Both the position numbers and the translations under genes were made by a program. From an uncultured Devosia sp. (GTDB lineage: Bacteria > Pseudomonadota > Alphaproteobacteria > Rhizobiales > Hyphomicrobiaceae): a stretch of 64,000 bases of DNA. Each line of letters begins with the position of its first letter. Positions within the stretch are counted from its first letter, which is position 1. Shown piece after piece: positions 1-9,504 of this stretch. The stretch lies in NCBI GenBank assembly GCA_964498125.1, contig CAZCGE010000134.1:88724-152723 (forward strand), read 5' to 3'. A model generated the notes under the pieces. The model was not told the DNA's origin, searched no databases, and worked only from the letters and a program-made list of their open reading frames with translations.

Positions 1-892
1 AGACGTTGATGGCGACGCGTAACCCTGCCGGCCAGTGCATGGCCTCGATGCACCCCTGCTTCAACACCCAGGCGCCGATGGTGCCCATCAGACTGATGTC
101 CTCGGCTACAGCTAAGAAGTCCAGCGGCGAGACCAGCCCCCGCTGCGGGTGCCGCCAGCGCAACAGGGCCTCGAACCCGGTGACCGCGCGTGTGGTGGCA
201 TCGATCACCGGCTGGTAGTGCAATTCGAATTGATCGCGAACAACCGCCTCCTGCAAATCGATCTCCAGACGGCGGCGCGCCTGCATTTTCCTGTCCATGC
301 CCTCTTCGAACAGGCGAAAGGCGCCGCGCCCCTCGGATTTGGCCCGGGATAGGGCAAGGTTGGCATTGCGCAGCAGGACATCCCCGTCCGTTCCGTCAGC
401 CGGCGCCAAGGCAATACCGATACTGGTGCCGACAAGGACCTGGTGGCCATCGACCTCATGCGGCTTGGACAGGTCTTCGATCAGCCGTGCCGCCAGCGCC
501 GTTGCCCCCTCGGGCTGTTTGGCCAAGACCTGAATGACGGCGAATTCGTCGCTGCCCATGCGCGCCACGACATCGGTCTTGCGCAGGCTTCCCTTCAGCC
601 TTTGGCCAACCGCCTGTAGCAGCTTATCGCCAGCCGCCAGACCCAGCGTATCGTTGATTTGGCTGAAGCGATCGATATCGAGGCAAAGCAGCCCGAACTG
701 ATCGCCCCGTTCCACCCGGTTCAAAGCGATGCCCAGTTCCTCGTGAAACCTGTGGCGGTTGGTGAGCCCTGTCAGGAGGTCGTGATGGGCAAGGTGTGCA
801 ATTTGTTGCCGAAGCAACTGCTCATCGATGCCGGCCGCGCGCCGGTCGTGCTTGCCGGCGAAATTTGGCGATTGGCGCGATTGTGTCATGGC
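1..892 (-). CDS. GGDEF-EAL domain signalling protein (c-di-GMP turnover). Partial: the EAL domain runs off the window start.
   Basis: Reverse-strand translation from the ATG at 892 reads MTQSRQSPNF...HDLLTGLTNR...RMGSDEFAV, a GGDEF domain with a degenerate GSDEF motif. It continues into an EAL domain (ELHYQPVIDA...FEALLRWRHP) that runs past position 1. Confidence 0.8.
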
Positions 893-1094
893 CCATGCCT
901 CGAGCTAGCGATGGTTGGAAATGATCGCCGTGGACATGCGCCATTGTGCCAATGGAAGGCTTTCGCCAACCTGTTGGCGCGCCCTCACGCCCGCCTCACG
1001 CCCGGGCCCCACAACCGCCCCATATAACTTTCGTGCGCCGCAAGCCGACCCGGTGTAGAATTTCGGCAAAATTGCCTTTGGGAGAACGACGTAG

Positions 1095-2081
1095 ATGCGC
1101 AAACTGGCGCCTGCTCTTGTGAGCCTTGGTCTGCTGCTGACCACCTGGACTTCGGCGGAGGCACAGACGTTCCCATCCAAGAACGTCCGGCTGATCCTGC
1201 CCTACGGCGCGGGTTCGGCCACCGACATTACCGCCCGCATTCTGGCCGATGCGCTGCGCACCCAATGGGGCCACGGCGTCGTGATCGAGAACAAGCCCGG
1301 CGCGTTCGGCATCCTGGCCATCGAGGAAATGGCCCGCGCCAAGCCCGACGGGCACACACTGATGTTCGGCAACGTCTCGACCAACGCCATCACGCCCAAC
1401 GTCTACCGCAGCAAGATGAAGATCGACTTCGAGAAAGAGGTCGTCACCATCACCAAGGTCTATGACCTGTTCTCGTTCTTCATTATCACGCCGGTTGGCA
1501 ATCTGCCGCCGACGACAATGAAGGAATTTGTGGCCTATGCCAAAGCCAACTCCGGCAAGCTGCGCTTCACCGTGCCGGGCGTTGCGAGCTATCCGCACTA
1601 CGACCAGGAAATGCTGCAGATCAAGGAGGGCTTCGAGGCGCAGCACGTGACTGCCAAGTCCGGCGGCGCGGGTATGCTGCAGGACATCATGTCCGGCGAT
1701 GTGCATTACGGTTTCGTCAATGCGGCCACCGCGGTCGGCGTGATCAGGGCCGGCCAGGTGCGGGCGCTGGCCTACAAGGGGCCGACGCGCCATCCTCAGT
1801 TGCCCGATGTGCCGACCATGGCGGAAGCCGGATATCCCGATTTCGGCAGCTCGAACTGGGCCAGCGTGTTGGCCCCGATGGCGACACCGCGCGAAATACT
1901 GGAGCTGATCCGCAAGTCGTTCGCCGATGCCGCGGCCACGACGCTGGTCAAGGAGGCGTTCGACAAGCAACAGGTCTACATCGATATCTCGCCGTCTCTG
2001 GATGCCGCCAAGGCCTTCCATGACAAGGAAGTCGCGCGCTGGAAAAAAATCGCGGCGGAATCGAAGATCCAGCCGCAATGA
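1095..2081 (+). CDS. tctC: Bug/TctC-family tripartite tricarboxylate transporter substrate-binding protein
   Basis: 328 aa with a signal peptide and the Bug-family motif ...RLILPYGAGSATDITARILAD...IENKPGAFG. It is followed by tctB and tctA. Confidence 0.9.
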   Translation: MRKLAPALVSLGLLLTTWTSAEAQTFPSKNVRLILPYGAGSATDITARILADALRTQWGHGVVIENKPGAFGILAIEEMARAKPDGHTLMFGNVSTNAITPNVYRSKMKIDFEKEVVTITKVYDLFSFFIITPVGNLPPTTMKEFVAYAKANSGKLRFTVPGVASYPHYDQEMLQIKEGFEAQHVTAKSGGAGMLQDIMSGDVHYGFVNAATAVGVIRAGQVRALAYKGPTRHPQLPDVPTMAEAGYPDFGSSNWASVLAPMATPREILELIRKSFADAAATTLVKEAFDKQQVYIDISPSLDAAKAFHDKEVARWKKIAAESKIQPQ

Positions 2082-2118
2082 GCGGCTTGCCGCGCCGCAC
2101 GCGCGCCCAGGAGGAGTG

Positions 2119-2652
2119 ATGGCCGAGGATGGATTGGGCGTTGACGGCGCCCGCGCGCAACCAGCGCGTCGAGCGACGCCGGGCCTGCTAGATATCCTGC
2201 TGCGCGCCGACGTGCTGGCGGGCCTCTTGTTCATGGCCATGGGCGCGTTGGGGCTTTACCTCGCCCGCAATCTCGATATCGGCACGGCCATACACATGGG
2301 TACCGCCTATGTGCCGCGGCTGGTCTGTTTTGCACTGCTCGGGCTCGGCCTGGCGATAACGCTCGGCGGACTGCTGCAAAAGTCAGCCGGGCGGATCGGC
2401 GGCGACGAGGAGCCGATCTCGTGGCGATCGCTGATCCTGGTCCCGACCGCCGTTTTTGTTTTTGGCTTCGCCGTGGAGCGGATCGGACTGGTCCTGGCGA
2501 TCTTGCTGGCAGTCGGCGTCGCCGGCACGGCGGCCAGCGGGCAAAAGCCCCTCGGCGTCGTGGCCGCGGCAGCCTTCCTCGTCCTGCTCTGCGTATCAAT
2601 TTTCGTCTGGGGTCTCGGCCTGCCGTTCTCCATCTGGCTGCCGGATTACTGA
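2119..2652 (+). CDS. tctB: Tripartite tricarboxylate transporter small membrane subunit TctB
   Basis: An AGGAGG ribosome-binding site sits 5 nt before the ATG at 2119. The product is a ~177 aa hydrophobic four-helix protein between tctC and tctA. The six-frame ORF beginning at 1927 is an N-terminal over-extension. Confidence 0.75.
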   Translation: MAEDGLGVDGARAQPARRATPGLLDILLRADVLAGLLFMAMGALGLYLARNLDIGTAIHMGTAYVPRLVCFALLGLGLAITLGGLLQKSAGRIGGDEEPISWRSLILVPTAVFVFGFAVERIGLVLAILLAVGVAGTAASGQKPLGVVAAAAFLVLLCVSIFVWGLGLPFSIWLPDY

Positions 2653-2653
2653 C

Positions 2654-4165
2654 ATGGACCTCATCGGCAATCTCGCCACGGGCTTTGCGGCAGCCCTGTC
2701 GCCGGCCAATCTGTTTTTTGCGCTGATCGGCTGCCTGGTCGGCACCTGCATCGGCGTGCTGCCCGGCATTGGCCCGGTGGCGACAGTGGCGATGCTGCTA
2801 CCGCTGACATTTCATCTCGATCCGCTCGCCGGCCTGATCATGCTGTCGGGCATTTTCTATGGCGCGCAATACGGTGGCTCGACCACGGCGATCCTCGTCA
2901 ACCTGCCCGGCGAGACCTCCTCGGTCGTCACCTGCATCGACGGCTATCAGATGGCGCGGCAGGGTCGGGCCGGCGTGGCGCTGGCGGTGGCCGCACTCGG
3001 CTCGTTCTTTGCCGGCACCCTCGCCACGCTGATCATTGCGCTGGCCGCCCCGCCGCTGTCCTATGTCGGCCGCTCATTCGGTGCGCCGGAGTATTTCGCG
3101 CTGATGCTGTTTGGCTTGATTGCTGCTGTGGCGCTGGCACACGGCTCGGTGCTGAAGGCCATAGCCATGATTTTCCTTGGCCTGCTGCTCGGCCTGGTCG
3201 GCACCGATCCCAGCACCGGCAATGGCCGTTTCTCCTTTGACATTCCCGTATTGGCCGATGGCATCGGCTTCGTGCCGCTGGCGATCGGCGTGTTCGGCAT
3301 CGGCGAGATCATATCCAACCTGAAACGCGGCACATCGACGACAGAGCGCTCGATTCTGGCCGAGAAGATCACCGGACTTTGGCCGACGCCGAGCGATCTT
3401 CGCCGCTGCTGGCCAGCCTGGATCCGAGGTGCGTCGCTGGGTTCCCTGCTCGGCGTACTGCCCGGCGGCGGGGCGACATTATCGGCGTTCGCCAGCTACG
3501 TGCTGGAAAAGCGCATCTCGCGCCACCCCGAGGAGTTCGGCAACGGAGCGATCGAGGGGGTCGCCGGGCCTGAAGCCGCCAACAACGCCGGCGCACAGAC
3601 GTCGTTCATCCCCATGCTGACGCTCGGCATACCAGGCAATGCCGTGATGGCGCTGATGATCGGCGCCTTGACGATCCACGGCATCCAGCCGGGCCCTCTC
3701 GTCATGAAGGAGCGACCAGACCTGTTCTGGGGTCTCATTGTCAGCATGTGGATCGGCAATCTGATGCTGCTGATCATCAATCTTCCGCTGATCGGCATCT
3801 GGGTGCGGCTGCTGCAGGTGCCGTATCACTATCTCTATCTCGCCATCCTGGTGTTCTGCGGTATCGGCGTGTACGCCGTCAACAATTCAGCCTTCGAGGT
3901 GATGCTGGCGGCCGGCTTCGGCGTGCTCGGCTACTGGCTGCGCGTGCTCAAATGCGAAGCAGCCCCCATGCTGTTGGGCTTCATCCTGGGCCCATTGCTG
4001 GAGGAGCATCTGCGCCGCTCCATGCTGATCGCGACCGGTGATCCGCTGATCTTCTTTCAGCGCCCGGTGAGCCTCGGCCTGATGCTGGCCTCCATGGCCC
4101 TGCTGATCATGCTGGCCTTGCCATCGGCACGGCGCACCCGTGCGGCGGCGTTCAAGGCGGAGTAG
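2654..4165 (+). CDS. tctA: Tripartite tricarboxylate transporter permease TctA
   Basis: The ATG at 2654 lies directly after the tctB stop. The ~503 aa polytopic product (MDLIGNLATGFAAALSPANLFFALIGCLVGTCIGVLPGIGP...) has the typical TctA N-terminus. Confidence 0.9.
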   Translation: MDLIGNLATGFAAALSPANLFFALIGCLVGTCIGVLPGIGPVATVAMLLPLTFHLDPLAGLIMLSGIFYGAQYGGSTTAILVNLPGETSSVVTCIDGYQMARQGRAGVALAVAALGSFFAGTLATLIIALAAPPLSYVGRSFGAPEYFALMLFGLIAAVALAHGSVLKAIAMIFLGLLLGLVGTDPSTGNGRFSFDIPVLADGIGFVPLAIGVFGIGEIISNLKRGTSTTERSILAEKITGLWPTPSDLRRCWPAWIRGASLGSLLGVLPGGGATLSAFASYVLEKRISRHPEEFGNGAIEGVAGPEAANNAGAQTSFIPMLTLGIPGNAVMALMIGALTIHGIQPGPLVMKERPDLFWGLIVSMWIGNLMLLIINLPLIGIWVRLLQVPYHYLYLAILVFCGIGVYAVNNSAFEVMLAAGFGVLGYWLRVLKCEAAPMLLGFILGPLLEEHLRRSMLIATGDPLIFFQRPVSLGLMLASMALLIMLALPSARRTRAAAFKAE

Positions 4166-4214
4166 GCGCGGACGAGGTCGGACCCGTCACGGCGAAGCCA
4201 TGCTCCATATGGAC

Positions 4215-4400
4215 GGGTCTGAAACGAAAGAAACGCGCCAAGACCTCGGTGCCGGGCAAACTTCCCAGGTCCGCCTACGCATCTTCCTCTACCTTTTACG
4301 CGTTACGTTATAACATTACATCGCAGTAGGCAGGGGCTGCAATGGCATCGGCGGGCGACGGCTTTCGTCATCGAGGGTCAGCGCAGCTGGTGTTTGGCTG
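4215..4400. repeat. 186-bp non-coding intergenic element, copy A. It has a ~88% identical second copy at 52344-52529.
   Basis: Direct comparison of GGGTCTGAAACGAAAGAAACGCGCCAAGACCTCGGTGCCGGGCAAACT...CGTCATCGAGGGTCAGCGCAGCTGGTGTTTGGCTG with the second locus shows near-identity. No coding frame is conserved between the copies. It is flanked by CCATGCTCC at 4198-4206 and 4404-4412. Confidence 0.8.
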
Positions 4401-4421
4401 ACCCCATGCTCCGCACAATCA

Positions 4422-5834
4422 TTACAGCGGCACCGAGATCACCGCGCGCAGGCCGCCCATGGAGCTGGTGCCCAGCGTGATATCGCCGCCATGGCTCTTG
4501 GCGATGTCGCGGGCAATGGCCAGACCCAGGCCGGTGTTGCCCTTGTCCTGGTTGCGGGCATCGTCGAGGCGGTAGAACGGCCTGAACACGTTGTCGCGCT
4601 CACCGGCCGGGATACCCGGCCCATTGTCGTCCACCTCGACACGAAGCCACGGCCCCTCTGTAGCCGCTCGGATGACCACTCGTTCTCCGAAGCGGCAGGC
4701 GTTGCTGACGAGGTTGGTGACGGCCCTCTTGAATGCATTGCGTTTCAGCGGCAGCACCAGATCGGTCATGCGACGGCGCATCTTGAGTTCAATCTGGGTG
4801 TCATAAATATGCGCCTCGATGTGGACCTCCTCGAGGAGCTGGCGCAAGCTCGCGGGCCGCGCCTCCTCGCCTCCGTCACCCTTGGCGAATGCCAGATAAT
4901 CCTCCAGCATTTGCTGCATCTCACCGATATCGGAGCGCAGCGACTTGACCCCGGGACTGTCGTCGAGCATTTCCAACTCGAGCTTGAAGCGCGTCAAAAC
5001 CGTGCGCAAGTCGTGACTGACGCCGGCCAGCATCGTCGTGCGCTGTTCGACGTGGGTGGTGATGCGATCGCGCATCTCCAAAAACGCCTGCGCCGCCTGC
5101 CGCACCTCGCGCGCCCCACGCGGGCGGAAATCCTCCGGGATCGGACGTCCCTTGCCGAACTCGTCGGCCGCCTCGGCCAGCCGCAGGATCGGCTTGATCT
5201 GATTGCGCAGGAAAAGAATGGCGACGGTCAACAGGATCACCGACGTGCCTACCATCCACAGCAAGAAGATATAGCTGTTGGAGGGATAGGTCTGGCTGCG
5301 CGTGGCCACGAAGCGCAGCACGGCATTATCGACGCGCACGCGAATTTCCACGTGGCGACTTTCTCCGACCGTATCGAGCCAGAACGGCCGATTGACGTGC
5401 CGCTGGATCTCATTTTGCAGGGCCCGGTCGAGAAGGGCGAAGAACGGCCGCGGCAGAGGCGCCGGCAGATCGCCTGCCGGCAGCACCTGCATCGACAAAT
5501 TGAGCCTGTCCCGCGCCATCTCGATCAGGCGATTGTAGTCGGATTTCTCGTTGGCCACATAGAGGTCGACCAGTGCGGCGATGTTGCGCGCGGTCGCCTC
5601 CGACAGCCGGTGCGTCACGCGCTGCCAGTGGCTCTCCATGAAAGAGAAGGCGATGACGCCCTCGAGAACGACGATCGGCGCGATGATGATGATCAGGGCA
5701 CGGGCATAGAGTCCCTTGGGCAGAAGCTCGGCGCCCAGACGAGACAGCCGCTCACGAATCCAGGCAAGCCGATTCTTCAGCGTCGGCCACATGGCCGCGC
5801 GCGGCTCTGCTGTCTCTTGTGGGACCACCGCCAT
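4422..5834 (-). CDS. EnvZ-like sensor histidine kinase with two transmembrane helices, a periplasmic loop, HAMP, HisKA and HATPase_c domains
   Basis: The 470 aa product contains the H-box VSHDLRTVLTR and the G-boxes DDNGPGIP and GLGLAIARDIAKSHGG. It sits downstream of an OmpR-type regulator on the same strand. Confidence 0.9.
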   Translation of the reverse strand: MAVVPQETAEPRAAMWPTLKNRLAWIRERLSRLGAELLPKGLYARALIIIIAPIVVLEGVIAFSFMESHWQRVTHRLSEATARNIAALVDLYVANEKSDYNRLIEMARDRLNLSMQVLPAGDLPAPLPRPFFALLDRALQNEIQRHVNRPFWLDTVGESRHVEIRVRVDNAVLRFVATRSQTYPSNSYIFLLWMVGTSVILLTVAILFLRNQIKPILRLAEAADEFGKGRPIPEDFRPRGAREVRQAAQAFLEMRDRITTHVEQRTTMLAGVSHDLRTVLTRFKLELEMLDDSPGVKSLRSDIGEMQQMLEDYLAFAKGDGGEEARPASLRQLLEEVHIEAHIYDTQIELKMRRRMTDLVLPLKRNAFKRAVTNLVSNACRFGERVVIRAATEGPWLRVEVDDNGPGIPAGERDNVFRPFYRLDDARNQDKGNTGLGLAIARDIAKSHGGDITLGTSSMGGLRAVISVPL

Positions 5835-5887
5835 CTGGTTTCTTCGTGCCTTTCGATCGTCTGCTGTGCCGCCGCCGGCGCCAGACC

Positions 5888-6616
5888 TCAGTCCGTATAT
5901 AGAATATAGCCCTTTCCGCGCACCGTCTGCAGATAGACTGGATTGGATGGATCGGCCTCGATCTTGCGTCGCAGCCGGTTGATCTGCACGTCGATCGCAC
6001 GCTCGCTGCCCGTGGATTCATCGGCCGCCAGATCCTGGCGTGGCACCGGCAGCCCCCGGCGTTGTGCGAACTGGCGCAGCAAATCGCGCTCGCGCTCGGT
6101 CAGCTTGATGCTTTCCTCGCCACGTTTCAATTCGCCACGGCCAATGTGAAACATATAATCGCCCATGCGCACCTCTTCGGGTGGCTCCTGCGAGGCTGCC
6201 AGTCCGCGGCGCATGATATTGCGCAGCCTGAGGAGGAGTTCGCGCGGCTCGAACGGTTTGGCCACGTAGTCCTCGACACCGATCTCGAGTCCGGCGATGC
6301 GCTCCTCCGGTTCCGAACGCGCCGTCAGCATGCAGATCGGGATGGCTGTTTCGGCCTTCAGCTCGCGGGCAAAATCCAGGCCGCTCTGTCCCGGCATCAT
6401 GACGTCGAGCAACACCAAATCGAAGCTCAAACCACGCATGGCCGCTCGCGCCGCCGCCGTATCGCCGGCCGAGGTGACGCGGAACCCTTGCCGCACGAGG
6501 TAACTGGCCAGCAGGTCGCGAATCTTGTGATCGTCATCCACGACGAGGATATGCGGCGCATCATCGGGCAGAGGTTGGAGCACCTGGCGGCCGCTTGGCG
6601 TCATCGACGTGGACAT
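5888..6616 (-). CDS. OmpR-family response regulator (receiver plus winged helix)
   Basis: The ATG at 6616 with an upstream GGAGG yields a 242 aa protein (ILVVDDDHKIRDLL...LDVMMPGQSG...VAKPFEPRELLLRLRNIMRR). The 273 aa six-frame ORF is an N-terminal over-extension. Confidence 0.9.
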   Translation of the reverse strand: MSTSMTPSGRQVLQPLPDDAPHILVVDDDHKIRDLLASYLVRQGFRVTSAGDTAAARAAMRGLSFDLVLLDVMMPGQSGLDFARELKAETAIPICMLTARSEPEERIAGLEIGVEDYVAKPFEPRELLLRLRNIMRRGLAASQEPPEEVRMGDYMFHIGRGELKRGEESIKLTERERDLLRQFAQRRGLPVPRQDLAADESTGSERAIDVQINRLRRKIEADPSNPVYLQTVRGKGYILYTD

Positions 6617-6635
6617 TGTGATCCTCCAATTCGCG

Positions 6636-7193
6636 TCACGTCGCACTGTCGCGCGCCGGCCCGGTCGCACGCAAAAGTTGCAATACTCTGCCCCGTTCCT
6701 CGGGCGCAATCAGGCCGAAGAGAAAGCGCTCGGCCGGGGCCTGGGCGGAAGGTCCGAGAGCGGCCATGGCCTCGGCGACTCGCCCCGTCTGCAGTGCCAT
6801 GAGCTCGCGAGCGAGTTCCGATCCCTTCAGCGTCACGTGCAACTGACGTTCGCGCCGGTCGGAAACGCCCGCAAGTTGCACGATATGATCTTCGTCAACA
6901 AGTTGCTTCAGCACCCGAGCCAGGCTCTGTTTGGTGATCTTCAGGATATCAAGCAAATCGGCCACCCGGATACCCGGATTGCGGCTGACGAAGTGCAGCA
7001 CCCGATGATGCGCGCGGCCGAAGCCAAACTTGGCCAGAACGGCGTCCGCATCGCCGGTGAAATCACGATAGGCAAAGTACAACAGCTCGACCAGTGTCAC
7101 CAGCTGCGGGTCTGGTCCGGCACGACCTTGTGGCGGCTGCGGGCGGCTCTCGCGGGGGCCGGCTTCGGACGCCTCTGGATTTACGTCAGTCAT
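6636..7193 (-). CDS. MarR-family transcriptional regulator
   Basis: The 185 aa product carries a MarR winged helix (...VLHFVSRNPGIRVADLLDILKITKQSLARVLKQLVDEDHI...). Confidence 0.85.
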   Translation of the reverse strand: MTDVNPEASEAGPRESRPQPPQGRAGPDPQLVTLVELLYFAYRDFTGDADAVLAKFGFGRAHHRVLHFVSRNPGIRVADLLDILKITKQSLARVLKQLVDEDHIVQLAGVSDRRERQLHVTLKGSELARELMALQTGRVAEAMAALGPSAQAPAERFLFGLIAPEERGRVLQLLRATGPARDSAT

Positions 7194-7382
7194 GTTGACT
7201 TATTTGGAGCCGATCGCTACTCGTGGCAAGACGTTTCCTGGCGACATTTGCGGTGTCGGCCGGCCTTGGCCTGCACCAGGGGGGTCGCCTTCGGTGGCAG
7301 AAGTGTGGCCGCGCTCGTTTGTATCCGAGCGCCAAGTTTTTTGCAGCATGCCTCGCCACACACCCTTAATGGGAGGATCAAC

Positions 7383-8477
7383 ATGGCTTCTGCCACGCCG
7401 TCTTTCGCGCTCGAGCGCAATGTGCAGCCCGTGGCGGCGGCCGAGCGCGCCAAGCTGCTGGCCGACCCGGGCTTCGGTCGCGTTTTCACCGACCATATGG
7501 CCGTCGTCCGCTACAGCGAGCGACAAGGCTGGCACGACGCCAAGATCACGGCCAGGACGCCGCTGACGCTCGATCCGGCCGCGGCCGTGTTCCACTACGC
7601 GCAGGAAATCTTCGAAGGCCTGAAGGCCTACCGCCTCGCCGACGGCACGATGGCGATGTTCCGCCCCGATGCCAATGCGCGCCGCTTCAACGCGTCGGCC
7701 GAGCGGCTCGCCATGCCGAAGCTGCCCGAGGAAACGTTCCTCGACTCTATCCGCCAGCTGGTCCGCGTCGACCGCGACTGGTTCCCGAGCGTCGAGGGCG
7801 GATCGCTCTACATCCGCCCCTTCATGTTCGCCAACGAGGTGTTCCTGGGGGTCAAGCCGTCGTCGGAGTATCTCTACCTGGTCATCATCTCGCCGGTCGG
7901 GGGCTACTTCAAGAGCGGGGCGCCTGCCGTCTCGCTCTGGGTCTCGCAGAACTACACGCGCGCGGCGCCGGGGGGAACAGGCGCCGCAAAGTGCGGCGGC
8001 AACTATGCTTCGAGCCTCGTCGCCCAAGCCGAGGCCAGCAAGCATGGCTGTGACCAGGTCGTATTCCTGGATGCAGCCGAGCATCGCTGGGTGGAAGAAC
8101 TCGGCGGCATGAATGTGTTTTTCGTGTTCGAGGACGGCTCACTGCAGACGCCGCCGCTGTCGGGAACGATCCTACCGGGCATCACGCGCGACAGCCTGAT
8201 GACACTGGCCCGCGACGAAGGCCTGACCGTGCGCGAGGAGCCCTATTCGTTCGACCAGTGGCGCCAGGACGCCAAGAGCGGCAAGCTCGCCGAAGCCTTC
8301 GCCTGCGGCACGGCCGCCGTCGTCACGCCGATCGGCAGCGTCAAGAGTGCCAACGGGGAGTTCAAGATGGGAGCCGGCGGCCCTGGCCAGACGACGATGC
8401 GCATCAAGCAGAAGCTCGTCGACATCCAGCGCGGCATGGCGCCGGACAAGCACGGCTGGGTGAGTAGCATCGATTGA
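7383..8477 (+). CDS. ilvE: Branched-chain amino acid aminotransferase (PLP fold type IV)
   Basis: A GGGAGG ribosome-binding site precedes the ATG at 7383. The 364 aa product (MASATPSFALERN...YAQEIFEGLKAYR...) matches IlvE. The 622 aa six-frame ORF is an artefactual N-terminal extension. Confidence 0.9.
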   Translation: MASATPSFALERNVQPVAAAERAKLLADPGFGRVFTDHMAVVRYSERQGWHDAKITARTPLTLDPAAAVFHYAQEIFEGLKAYRLADGTMAMFRPDANARRFNASAERLAMPKLPEETFLDSIRQLVRVDRDWFPSVEGGSLYIRPFMFANEVFLGVKPSSEYLYLVIISPVGGYFKSGAPAVSLWVSQNYTRAAPGGTGAAKCGGNYASSLVAQAEASKHGCDQVVFLDAAEHRWVEELGGMNVFFVFEDGSLQTPPLSGTILPGITRDSLMTLARDEGLTVREEPYSFDQWRQDAKSGKLAEAFACGTAAVVTPIGSVKSANGEFKMGAGGPGQTTMRIKQKLVDIQRGMAPDKHGWVSSID

Positions 8478-8753
8478 TGGGCGCGGACGTCCCGCTTGCG
8501 CCAAGCCTCCGGTCTCAACCGCGATCATCTCCAGCTGCACTATGGGCGATTCAATCCACCCCGTACTCTGAGCGATGCCTTTGCATCCGCGGCGACAGCG
8601 TGCCGCCGGCCCGCCGCAAATTGCTGCTTAAACCGCGCGTTCCCTGTCTTTTGGTGGCCACGGCAACCGAAAAAGAAGTAATAACGGGGTTATCATGCGG
8701 TGACGGTCGATAGGCCAGGCCGCGGCGCGTCCCGCGCCTCCAAGGGAGGCAGT

Positions 8754-9338
8754 ATGCTGACGACTGTGTTGCGGGGTCTTTTCGGCTTTCTGGCCGCCTG
8801 CCTCGTTGCCGGGATCATCCAGGCTGGCTTTGCCACGGCGCCGGAACTGCTGGCTCAGCCTGGACAGGGGTTCCTTGACAGCCTGGCCGACGCCGCGAAG
8901 CGGACGATCGTTGCCACGATCTTTTCAGGGCTGTTTGCCGCGCCGTTTGTCGCCGTCGTCGTGCCGGTCTTGGCCTGGCAAAAAATGCGAAGTGTGCGTG
9001 TCGACGCAGCCATGGGACTGACGATCGCCGGCGCCGGCCAAGCGGTGCTCTATGCCTTCGAGGCCGCAAACCAGTCCTCGATCGCCAATTGGTATGCGGC
9101 GGCGGCATTTGGTTGTGCCGGGCTGGCAGGCGGCCTGACCTTCGGGCTATTGGCAATGCCAAGGCCGGACACGCCCCCGGCCGAGGGCGATCGGCCGCCA
9201 CCCGCCGCTGTTGCCCCGCCGCCGGTCATCGTTCGTGCGCCGGCTACCCCGGCACAGCCCGCGAGCGGCTGGCCAGCGCGGCCCGCCATTCCACCCGCGG
9301 CCCCTGTAGCAGCACCCCTGCCGCGCAAGCCGACCTGA
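8754..9338 (+). CDS. Hypothetical membrane protein with ~4 predicted transmembrane helices and a Pro/Ala-rich C-terminal tail
   Basis: A GGGAGG ribosome-binding site precedes the ATG at 8754. The N-terminus is hydrophobic (MLTTVLRGLFGFLAACLVAGIIQ...) and the tail is PPAAVAPPPVIVRAPATPAQP. Confidence 0.5.
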   Translation: MLTTVLRGLFGFLAACLVAGIIQAGFATAPELLAQPGQGFLDSLADAAKRTIVATIFSGLFAAPFVAVVVPVLAWQKMRSVRVDAAMGLTIAGAGQAVLYAFEAANQSSIANWYAAAAFGCAGLAGGLTFGLLAMPRPDTPPAEGDRPPPAAVAPPPVIVRAPATPAQPASGWPARPAIPPAAPVAAPLPRKPT

Positions 9339-9504
9339 GCAACAGTCGCCCTCGGCAACAGCCAGGCGGGCATTCACGGAATTTTATCAGCAATCAGCAT
9401 TTATTGCGGTGCGGAAGCTATTGCTGCACTGCAATATGACTGCTATGATCGAGCTGCCCGGGCTCGATGACCGTTGTCCTGGAAAAAAGAAGGCGTGCCT
9501 GCTG

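Noticed and set aside
996-2240. 414 aa minus-strand ORF
   Set aside because: Antisense to the clearly homologous tctC gene. Arg/Gly/Ala-rich composition typical of a high-GC antisense artefact.
4491-5909. 472 aa plus-strand ORF
   Set aside because: Antisense shadow of the EnvZ-like kinase gene.
6609-7382. N-terminal 258 codons of the 622 aa ORF leading into ilvE
   Set aside because: No homology. Overlaps the marR and ompR-like genes on the other strand. A GGGAGG ribosome-binding site and conserved IlvE N-terminus are at 7383.
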